64,000 nucleotides of DNA from Verrucomicrobiota bacterium (lineage in GTDB: Bacteria > Verrucomicrobiota > Verrucomicrobiia > Limisphaerales > UBA8199), in NCBI GenBank assembly GCA_003176045.1, contig PSRM01000068.1, positions 60,084 to 124,083 on the forward strand, in the 5' to 3' direction. Under the pieces are notes generated by a model. That model made no database searches. It saw only the letters and a list, made by a program, of their open reading frames with translations, and had not been told where the DNA came from. Shown here piece after piece: positions 55,301 to 62,660 of the stretch. Position 1 is the stretch's first letter; every line of letters begins with the position of its first letter. The translations under genes were made by a program, and so were the position numbers.

Positions 55301-57255
55301 AATCGAGCATCAATTTCCGGCGCAGTTAAGTCTGTCGGCTGCACACTCTTGAGTGCGTTGACATTTCCCGAAAATTGCTCGTCAGCCAGTGCGGCTGCTT
55401 CGGCTGCTGTGAGTTTGGCGCGAACATTCCCGGATAGGTAATCGTCTTCCGTTTCCCAGCGGTTCGTTTGTGGATTAAGAAAAATCGCGCCTTTCAATTC
55501 TGGCAAAAACTCGGAAGCTTTGCGGTGGAGCAGGCCCGCGAGGTAATCTAGGTCAACGCAGCCGCGTTCGTTCAGCGTAACGAGCAACGCTTCATGTGGA
55601 GCGTCGGTCTGGACTGTGGGCCTCTTTTTCTGGATTGTTCGCTCGCGAAAAATAGCAGCCTTCGCCGCACGGCCGGTTTCTTCGTCATAGAGCTCCAACG
55701 AAAGGAGAAGCGGCAGGTCAGGATCGCCGCGAAAAGCCGACGTGTTCGCGCGTTCTGAAATTGGGCCGCACCGGGCGACAAAGCTATCATAACTTTGATT
55801 GAGCTGTTCGCGCGCGGCCAGCACCTCGTCATCCGGCGTGCCATTGAGTTGCGAAGAAAGACATCGCCTTACGGCATCCCGCACGCGAATGAGTCCTCGA
55901 ATTCTCCGGGCAACTTGTGATGAGAGGCCGGTCAAAATCCGCAACGAGTCGCCATCCCGCACTGCGAGCTGATCATTTACGACAGTATAAGCGTTCGGTT
56001 TTATGTGTTCAGGAGCAGGGAACGTCTGCTCCAAAGTTGGCTTGGCGACTCGCCGTGCCTCTGGCTGAAAGACATCTTTGGGTAACAGGGCGATAACTTC
56101 CGCCAGTTGTTCGGTGAGGCGGCGGCCGTTGGGGGCGAGTGTAGGTTCGCCACGCGCATACATCCGACCCTCAAGTCGCATCTCGCCAAGCATCATTTCT
56201 GGTCGAGCGGCGAAGTACTCGTTGACGGGGATGGTCTCCCCCTGCGAGTTAGTTATCTCGCTCAACTCCTTCCAGGCCGGTCCTGTTGGTATTTCGCCCG
56301 GAATCCTTTTGCGGAACATGATAATGTCCGTGGTCACCTCCGTGTGCGCATTCCGTTTGAACGCGTCGTTTGGTAAACGAATGGCACCCAAAAGATCAGC
56401 CTGCTGTGAGACGTATTCTCGAAGCGCCGCATCCACCTTGTCGAGGGTTCCACGTGACGAAACGAACAGAATCAGCCCGCCCGGTCGGACTTTCTCCAGT
56501 GCGGCAGCGAAGAAGTAGTCGTGGATTACGAAGTTCCAGGACTTGAATCGCGGATCGAACGGCTTGTAATCACCGAATGGAATATTCGAGATGGCAACGT
56601 CATAAAAACCGTCAGCGAGTTTTGTTTCTTCAAATGGTTGGCGTCGAATGTCAGCATCGGGGTAGATCAATTTTGCCAGTCGGGCGGTTATGGAATCGAT
56701 CTCGACACCTGTGATGAGAGATCGTTTGTGCATTTCTTCGGGCATTAACCCGATGAAATGGCCCAAACCGAGAGCGGGTTCGAGAATCCGTCCATGTGTG
56801 AAACCAAACCGTGCCACTGCCGAATACATTGAGCGAATGACATCTGGCGCCGTGTAATGAGCGTTGAGGGTGGTCGCGCGAGCGGAGTCGAGTTCATCCT
56901 CCGACAGCAACGATTCAAGCTGCTCCCGCTCTTTCCTCCATTGTTCATTCAATGAGTCAAAAACCTGCGGCAACCCGCCCCAGCCGACGTAGCGGATCAA
57001 AGTTCGCTTTTCCTGATCGGTGGCAGGTCGGGTATCGGCTTCAAGTTGCTTGACAAGTTCGATGGCCCGCAGGTTGTCGCGGCATTTTTGCTTTAGGGAG
57101 CCGACGCCTAACCTATCTGCGTCTGTGATCCTATAGTTCCGCTGGTTCCGCAACGGCTCTGGTTCACTGCTCGGCGGGGTTTGCGAGGCCGATTCGTCTG
57201 GAACTTCTATGTCTCGGGCGGGAGGAAGATGTATCTCTCCCGAACCATTTCCCAT
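52378..57255 (-). CDS. Giant N6-adenine DNA methyltransferase plus SNF2/DEAD helicase fusion (P1 DarB-like architecture)
   Basis: MTase motif I LEPALGLGHFIG and motif IV AISNIPFGD. Helicase Walker A HVVGAGKTF, DEAH box VDEAHYFKN, motif VI EQREGRILRQGN. The start is set at Met95 of track ORF 52378..57537; the true start is uncertain. Confidence 0.85.
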   Translation of the reverse strand: MGNGSGEIHLPPARDIEVPDESASQTPPSSEPEPLRNQRNYRITDADRLGVGSLKQKCRDNLRAIELVKQLEADTRPATDQEKRTLIRYVGWGGLPQVFDSLNEQWRKEREQLESLLSEDELDSARATTLNAHYTAPDVIRSMYSAVARFGFTHGRILEPALGLGHFIGLMPEEMHKRSLITGVEIDSITARLAKLIYPDADIRRQPFEETKLADGFYDVAISNIPFGDYKPFDPRFKSWNFVIHDYFFAAALEKVRPGGLILFVSSRGTLDKVDAALREYVSQQADLLGAIRLPNDAFKRNAHTEVTTDIIMFRKRIPGEIPTGPAWKELSEITNSQGETIPVNEYFAARPEMMLGEMRLEGRMYARGEPTLAPNGRRLTEQLAEVIALLPKDVFQPEARRVAKPTLEQTFPAPEHIKPNAYTVVNDQLAVRDGDSLRILTGLSSQVARRIRGLIRVRDAVRRCLSSQLNGTPDDEVLAAREQLNQSYDSFVARCGPISERANTSAFRGDPDLPLLLSLELYDEETGRAAKAAIFRERTIQKKRPTVQTDAPHEALLVTLNERGCVDLDYLAGLLHRKASEFLPELKGAIFLNPQTNRWETEDDYLSGNVRAKLTAAEAAALADEQFSGNVNALKSVQPTDLTAPEIDARLGSTWIPAQDVQIFTAELLGEEGISVSHAPQLGLWVIRGGYGARFSVANTTEWGTDRRSAIELIEDALNLRVPTVYDHDPDTDRDVINGPATEAARDKQEKLKERFKQWIWRDDERRERLVRKYNDEFNHTRLRTFNGDHLTLPGASPAITLRPHQKAAVWRILQTPNCLLAHVVGAGKTFAMVAAAMELKRLGLARKTLFAVPNHMLGQFSSELLALYPGANILVATKDDFEKDKRKTLMSRIATGNWDAVIVTHSGFEKIPVARATQEEFFKANLRELALAIEQQRKDGDSRIVKALERSKKQLETKLKELSADEKKDDGLTFEELGVDRIFVDEAHYFKNLFYVTKMTRIAGLPQTASQRAFDMFLKVGHVQRINGGGGVVFATGTPIANSVAEMFTMQRFLEMSLLKGQSVAHFDSWAATFGEPVTALELSPDGSGYRLHTRFARFINVPELMQMFRQVADIQTQEMLKLPVPDLHGGKPTVVSAPCSPELKEIVQSLVERAEALKTGSVDPREDNMLLVTTDGRKAALDLRLHEASLPDHGDSKINQAVRQIERIWRDTMNNRSTQLVFCDLSIPTQNKGFSVYEDMRDKLILAGVPAGEIAFIQDYESDAAKLTLFKDVRAGKIRVLFGSTQKMGTGANVQERLIALHHLDAPWRPADVEQREGRILRQGNSNAEVQIYRYVTEESFDAYMWQVLETKAKFISQVMTGESDLRRIEDIDGAALTYAEVKAIASGNPLVIEKARIDAEVGRLSRLHCEHQETMFKLRTRVRHLADEIPAHEKRLEAVRQDLKVREDTNGDKFMMILEGQEIRDRGIAGELLIRRAEKMRGGRSERQIGKIAGFDLFVADNFMQGPEIVIKGATTYVAKVTDTAHGTIRSVEHTIQHLEELAATIGQNIADTQKRLADSRAQVDAPFEYADRLAALVQRQREIEDELDLTKSQTSGQLEPQQAANGPDQQGEGKSSDEPG

Positions 57256-57458
57256 GCCTGACCGTGGGCTTGCTCGGGAGTCAAACCCTGGCTGATCAAA
57301 TCGCGGCGAACCCGATCCATTTCCGCTTCCGTTTTCTCCTCGGCTTCCAGCAGCATCACCGGAAGCTGGCGCTTCGATTCCAGTTCCTCGACCATTCTCG
57401 GCAGAAACTCCCGCCAATGTTTCTCGGCCATTAAGCCGTATTGTGTCAGTGGTTTCAT
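57207..57458 (-). CDS. 83-aa small helical protein (TnpV-like by loose resemblance)
   Basis: Trimmed to MKPLTQYGLMAEKHWREFLP...AWEMVRERYIFLPPET. It reads as a genuine protein, whereas the overlapping frame of the giant ORF is G/S-rich low complexity. Confidence 0.55.
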   Translation of the reverse strand: MKPLTQYGLMAEKHWREFLPRMVEELESKRQLPVMLLEAEEKTEAEMDRVRRDLISQGLTPEQAHGQAWEMVRERYIFLPPET

Positions 57459-57854
57459 ACGTGTAGGTACTCTGAGCAGAGGAAAAGAGGTCGAGTTGCA
57501 ATTCCTGGTTCGCTTTGCTCCTCGCGACCGACCGCATAGTCCCCTCTCATGGCGCTCCCGTGAAGCAACTCGAATTACCGCACCTTGTCCATCCAAGTCA
57601 ACAGATCTCAAACGACGTTCCTGGTCTTCATCCTTCATCCTTCATCCTGACCTCCGGCGCTGAGCAGCTTCGGGCGAAATTGCCTCAACCGTCCGGTGCG
57701 GGGGGTCAGTTGTTAAGGTCGATTCGGGCAACCGTTGTCGCTCCCTCCCCGCTTCGCTTCCCCGGGGCGGAATAGTTGAAGAAGTCGAGTTCTCCAACAG
57801 CCAGCATCAGCTTAAGCCATCAATAGAATCTGTAGGTTCCGCTTTGGTCACAAC

Positions 57855-59114
57855 TCACGTGTGTACTGCTATATCAAGGGCTTGATTAATTGTCCTCCGA
57901 TTTAACCAACAGACGGTAACTGTCAGAACTGTAAGAGCTGACGATAAGAGGCAGATTATACGGTCGGAGAGAGCCAGTGTCCGCTGAAGTTGTACAATGC
58001 CGAAAATGGTAAAATTCACTCCCCCTGCCATGAGCACACGGCGAAGTGAAGCTAAATTGGCTGTGCGGTCGCTTGTGCCAGCTTGGACAGCGCGAGCAAA
58101 AATTGTGTCAGTAGCGCCGTAACAGATATTAGCCAGGCACCAGCCAAGAGCTATAGTAACAGAACTACGCTGGCAGTACGTAAACAGCGCTGTTACTATA
58201 TCAAGGAATACAAAGGTCCAAAGTGACACTTTTGCCATTTTCGAAACGTGGGTGCCCAGCATCGCCCCAAGCGCTCCGAGAGACATTACATAATACAGAG
58301 TCGTCAAACTTTTATCTGGTAGCAATCTTGGCAGCATCAAAGCCCCCATGAAGAAGCAGTTAAGAGAAAACTCAAGGGCCAGAACAGAGACTAATGGATG
58401 GTTCCATCGCCAGGGTTCCTTCATTTCAAATAACCGAGCAGCAACTGGGTTTTCGGGCGGCGCTTTCAATCTAGCCCCGCCCCCTAAAAACCCAAGAACG
58501 GCTGAACTGAAAACCAACATAAACCCTGCTTCAAATCGGTATGTGCTCGTCGCTGCGGACACACCCGTAAGGGATAACACTCCAAAGGCCAAACCTATCC
58601 ATATAACAATTCGCCCAATAAATTGAACAAAATTGCGGATCTTCACCGCCAAGGTCTTAAAGATGACTTCGCTGTTGGACTGCAACACCAGTCGGCACAG
58701 GAATTCTTCATTAGCTGGAAATGAGAATGCCTGAATGAGGGCGATCCCTATGCCATACAATAGGATGCGACTGACGGTTACTTTCCCCTCCCCAGCGGCT
58801 AAGGCCATGAAAATAGAGAAAGGTACAATCATTATTGCCAGTCCGCTGACTAACCGAGACCCTCCTAAACGCTTGGCTACGCTGGCAGCTATTGGGGCAA
58901 AAGCTATTGCCACACAACCGGAGATCATTTGAAGGATGACCCGCAACGACATCGAAGGTTGTGTTTGGGCAACAAGCCAGGTTAACGTGCTGCGAGTCAC
59001 CTGAGCAACGGCAGACAAAATGCCCAATAAAACCGCAAAACTTAGCGCTCGCGCTGGAATCAACTCAGCACTCCGGCTGACTGCCTTATTTGGAAGAAAA
59101 TGGCGTGATTTCAA
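57855..59114 (-). CDS. Polytopic membrane transporter, MFS-like
   Basis: 419 aa with roughly 12 hydrophobic segments. It is the last gene of the biosynthetic operon and overlaps the upstream stop by 4 nt. Confidence 0.55.
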   Translation of the reverse strand: MKSRHFLPNKAVSRSAELIPARALSFAVLLGILSAVAQVTRSTLTWLVAQTQPSMSLRVILQMISGCVAIAFAPIAASVAKRLGGSRLVSGLAIMIVPFSIFMALAAGEGKVTVSRILLYGIGIALIQAFSFPANEEFLCRLVLQSNSEVIFKTLAVKIRNFVQFIGRIVIWIGLAFGVLSLTGVSAATSTYRFEAGFMLVFSSAVLGFLGGGARLKAPPENPVAARLFEMKEPWRWNHPLVSVLALEFSLNCFFMGALMLPRLLPDKSLTTLYYVMSLGALGAMLGTHVSKMAKVSLWTFVFLDIVTALFTYCQRSSVTIALGWCLANICYGATDTIFARAVQAGTSDRTANLASLRRVLMAGGVNFTIFGIVQLQRTLALSDRIICLLSSALTVLTVTVCWLNRRTINQALDIAVHT

Positions 59115-60424
59115 ATCACGGATCGAGGCGATTCTGTTAAACGACGCTGCATAACGTTGGCCATTCTAGTTCCACTCCGTCGATGGTAATCGAAAAACCA
59201 CTCTATTTCTGACCTGAGGAGCGAGGACTCCCCCAAGAATTGGGACGGCCGTTCTAGATAACCCCATCCATTAGCCAGATCGATCGGCCCCTCAACGCTG
59301 CCCAACGGAGTGCCCAGTCGCCTTTGGAAGATAGACAACGAATAGTAAACGTGAGATTTGTCGAGCCACTCGTTTAAACTTTGTAAGGTAGTCTCGGTTT
59401 CGTTAGGCAAACCTACAATGACAAAAACTAACGGAATAAGCCCACAACGACGAATCAAGGAAATCGCATTCTCAATTTGGCTTCCGGTGATGCGCCCCTT
59501 TGTTAGGTAAGCCCTTTGATTAAGCTCTGGGGATTCGACACCGAGCCAAATCCCGCTGCATCCGGCCTCCTTCATCCTCAGCAGAGTTTTTTCATTAATA
59601 CAATCTACTCTTGTTTGACATATCCAGCTTACGCGCATTCCAGAAGCGATGATACTAGCGCATAGTCTCTGAACCCACGAATTGTCGATAGTAAATGTGT
59701 AATCCAAGAAGAAAAAGTGCCGAAAAGAATAGATCTCATACATTTGTTTCAACTCGGCGACTGTTAAGTCGACAGGGCGTTTTCTAAGTCGTTGGCCAAA
59801 AAACAAGTAACAGAAGTTACATGCGTAAGGACACCCACGATTTCCCAGTATGAGACCGCTATTTACTCGATCTAGTTGGTTTGAAACAAAACCTTCACTG
59901 AAATAATCTTGCATTCGTGCCAATCGGTACGCAGGCGAAGGCAACCGAGATAGCTCGTTATCGCTTCCAATCCTGATGCCGGAAGGGGGCCATGTCTTGG
60001 GTTTGCGGTTTTCAGACCGAATGCATCGCACCAACTCTGGAAGAGCAAACTCGAACTCTCCCCTTATGATTATATCAGCTTTAGTAAATTCTCGTGTAAG
60101 AGGGTCGTGGGCCGTAGCGTGAGATCCGGCACAAGCTACTAGAGTGTTGGCGTTACGCCTTATTGACGTGATACAGTCCCTCGCCGCTGATAACGGAGGA
60201 TAACACTGTGCTAAATCATAATCTGCGGAAAATACTACCGCCAAATCCGCAGCGCCTATTTTGGAGTAAGTAGCATCGCTCTCTTGTTCTATACGTAAGT
60301 CGAAAAAGGATACGTCGATCTCGTCTTGTTCGAGCTGCGCGGCTGCATACAGAGCACCGATCGGAACCTGGTGAAAGTTGTTCATCCCAGGTGGATCCCG
60401 AGGCATAACGAGCGACACCTTCAT
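59111..60424 (-). CDS. B12-binding-domain radical SAM enzyme
   Basis: CxxxCxxC cluster GNRGCPYACNFCY preceded by a Rossmann-like N-terminal domain. The layout is typical of class B radical SAM enzymes. Confidence 0.75.
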   Translation of the reverse strand: MKVSLVMPRDPPGMNNFHQVPIGALYAAAQLEQDEIDVSFFDLRIEQESDATYSKIGAADLAVVFSADYDLAQCYPPLSAARDCITSIRRNANTLVACAGSHATAHDPLTREFTKADIIIRGEFEFALPELVRCIRSENRKPKTWPPSGIRIGSDNELSRLPSPAYRLARMQDYFSEGFVSNQLDRVNSGLILGNRGCPYACNFCYLFFGQRLRKRPVDLTVAELKQMYEIYSFRHFFFLDYTFTIDNSWVQRLCASIIASGMRVSWICQTRVDCINEKTLLRMKEAGCSGIWLGVESPELNQRAYLTKGRITGSQIENAISLIRRCGLIPLVFVIVGLPNETETTLQSLNEWLDKSHVYYSLSIFQRRLGTPLGSVEGPIDLANGWGYLERPSQFLGESSLLRSEIEWFFDYHRRSGTRMANVMQRRLTESPRSVI

Positions 60425-60457
60425 GCGATCATTAACACAATACTGTCAGTCTGCCGG

Positions 60458-61855
60458 TTAACGACGCATGAGATCCAATGCCTGAGGGTGCTTGGTTCGC
60501 CTCGCGACATCGGTCGCAAATGCAGTTGCAACGTCATTGTTGAATGCTCTACCCGCTATCGTGCACTCCAGGCAATCCGCTTTTAGTTCCACCAATCCTG
60601 CTCGGGTAAGAAGGTCCGTCTCCTTTTTGTAGTAATTTGTGAATATTTCCCCTGTCAAGGTTTCGAACTTTGAGAGTTCAAGACCAAAGAATTTGACGCC
60701 CAATACTGCAAGACGACTTGTCCGCTCAGTTTGCGTCAATTTTTTGGCAAGCACTACAGGCGGCACATTCTCGTTGACCATTTTGGCGTATTTCGCGGGA
60801 TCGTGTTCGTTCGTATAAATGTTTCCGTTGAAAAATGAGAAAGCTCCGGGTCCAAGGCCAAGTGTTTCGAGCTGAGGCATTTTCCATCGGTCAACGTGAT
60901 AATCGCATCGACGAGATTTTGCAAAGTGATAAGGAGTGTATTGGTCGTAACCAGCGAGCGAAAGTCGCTCAAGCACCGTTTCGAACATTGCAAAATACTG
61001 CTCGCGGTCTGCAGGTTTAGCGACTTGTTGGTTTGATATCCTACTTGCCAGCCGTGTTCCTTGATGGGGAACGTACGGAAACCAAGACATATGGTCGATT
61101 CCTAAAGAGCGCACATTTTCTAAGTCTTGCTCGACCTCCTTGTGCTTTTGGCCGGGAAGGCGATACATCATATCAATATTTAGAGGAAAACCGGCCCCCA
61201 TGATTTTGTCCACCACCTCTAATGCATCTTTGGCTGTATGCCCCCGGCCCAGGATTTCGAGTTGTTTCTGCTCAGTAGATTGCACACCCATGCTGATCCG
61301 GGTTACGCCATACTGGCGGAAAAGATCAAACTTCTCTTCAACCAGGTCGCTTTGCGTTGGTTTAATCTCCATCGTAAATTCAACGACTGTTCGAAGATCA
61401 AAATTCGTGTCCAGCAACTCCAGCAGCCGATTCATGCTCGCGATACTCAACCTTGTGGGCGTTCCGCCCCCCACCCAGACCGTACGGACCCGTGTTCGCG
61501 TCAAATCATTTAATGAGCGAATCGCCCTTATTTCCTTTTCCAAGGAGTCTATGTAACGGAGCGCTTCCTCTTCTTTATAACGATACACGTTAAACGGGCA
61601 GAAACCGCAAATAGTGCCACAATAAGGGACGTCGACAAACAAATCGATTTCTCGATCACGACTCTCTCCGATCGCAGAGAATATCTCCACACCATTCGAA
61701 ACCGGCTCTAAGTTTGGGGGATAATAACGGACACATTCCTCGATCTTTACCAGATCCTGATAGTTCGTAATCCGCGCCAAATTGGACGGTGGCGAAACTG
61801 AAGGCTTAGGCGGGACTTGCCGTGTGAGCGCAGTCATTGAGTTTTGGGTTGCCAC
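60458..61855 (-). CDS. HemN-like (class C) radical SAM enzyme
   Basis: VPYCGTICGFCPFNVY, VWVGGGTPT, and a HemN_C-like tail. Confidence 0.8.
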   Translation of the reverse strand: MATQNSMTALTRQVPPKPSVSPPSNLARITNYQDLVKIEECVRYYPPNLEPVSNGVEIFSAIGESRDREIDLFVDVPYCGTICGFCPFNVYRYKEEEALRYIDSLEKEIRAIRSLNDLTRTRVRTVWVGGGTPTRLSIASMNRLLELLDTNFDLRTVVEFTMEIKPTQSDLVEEKFDLFRQYGVTRISMGVQSTEQKQLEILGRGHTAKDALEVVDKIMGAGFPLNIDMMYRLPGQKHKEVEQDLENVRSLGIDHMSWFPYVPHQGTRLASRISNQQVAKPADREQYFAMFETVLERLSLAGYDQYTPYHFAKSRRCDYHVDRWKMPQLETLGLGPGAFSFFNGNIYTNEHDPAKYAKMVNENVPPVVLAKKLTQTERTSRLAVLGVKFFGLELSKFETLTGEIFTNYYKKETDLLTRAGLVELKADCLECTIAGRAFNNDVATAFATDVARRTKHPQALDLMRR

Positions 61856-61925
61856 ATCACAACATGTACTGATTGAAGCCGCATCTCAAGCCAAAACCAT
61901 AAAACCATATCTGTTGTCGCTAAAT

Positions 61926-62642
61926 TCAAGAGAGCCAGACTCGAAGCACCACACGCGTGGAATTTGATGACAATCGGGTACGACCGTGGAGCATCGAAGT
62001 ATTCGACATGAGTAAGGTTTCGCCTGTATCTGCAGCATATTTGAATGGCTCGGATATGCTCAGGAAATCGTGCATCCAGTCGACGGCTGCAGCCGCCCTT
62101 GTTCCTTGTGCGGCTACGACCTTTGGCCGCCATATCGAATCGGAACGCCAGCGAATTCGCATCTGCCCGCCCTCTCTCTCTAAAATTGGGCCGACAAAAG
62201 AATCATCTAAATTTCCGTCATACGTTTTAACAAACCGAAACGATGCATTGAGGCAGGCCTGCAATACCCACTCCGGGGCCGAAGTCAGGATTTTGGAAAT
62301 CGGCATAAAAGTGCTCACACCACCGCCATCTGCATCTTTCGATAAAAACGACAAAAGAAACCTCCTGGGCGGATGCTTCAGAAAGGAGCCATCGGTATGT
62401 AATGGCAAAGCATCTAAGGACATAGCGGTGCTGTTCACTACTGTTGGGTCGTACTTTACAGTCCGGACATCGGCAGATGGCTCAAAGTTGCAAATTCCCC
62501 CCAGCTTTGAGCAGTACGCTTTTAGCTCATCAATTGAAGGAGGATTCGCCTCTCGAAGCACAATCAAAGCATCCCCGCTCTGCTCGGCCGCCTCAAAAAA
62601 GGAAGATCGGCTGGTCGTAACAATCGGCGTTATTGTTTCCAT
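61926..62642 (-). CDS. TauD/TfdA-like Fe(II)/2-oxoglutarate dioxygenase
   Basis: HxD facial triad in LPLHTDGSF, a distal His in MLHGRT, and a size typical of the family. Confidence 0.65.
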   Translation of the reverse strand: METITPIVTTSRSSFFEAAEQSGDALIVLREANPPSIDELKAYCSKLGGICNFEPSADVRTVKYDPTVVNSTAMSLDALPLHTDGSFLKHPPRRFLLSFLSKDADGGGVSTFMPISKILTSAPEWVLQACLNASFRFVKTYDGNLDDSFVGPILEREGGQMRIRWRSDSIWRPKVVAAQGTRAAAAVDWMHDFLSISEPFKYAADTGETLLMSNTSMLHGRTRLSSNSTRVVLRVWLS

Positions 62643-62660
62643 TGCTAGAATGACGGCTGC

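Larger units (their letters stand above)
9361..57537. mobile_element. Conjugative element backbone (ICE or conjugative plasmid); boundaries not identifiable, no integrase in window
   Basis: Contiguous VirB2/3/4/5/6/8/9/10-like genes, T4CP, MOBF relaxase, ParAB, ArdC, RadC, DUF932 and a methylase-helicase. The coordinates only enclose recognisable element genes. Confidence 0.7.
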
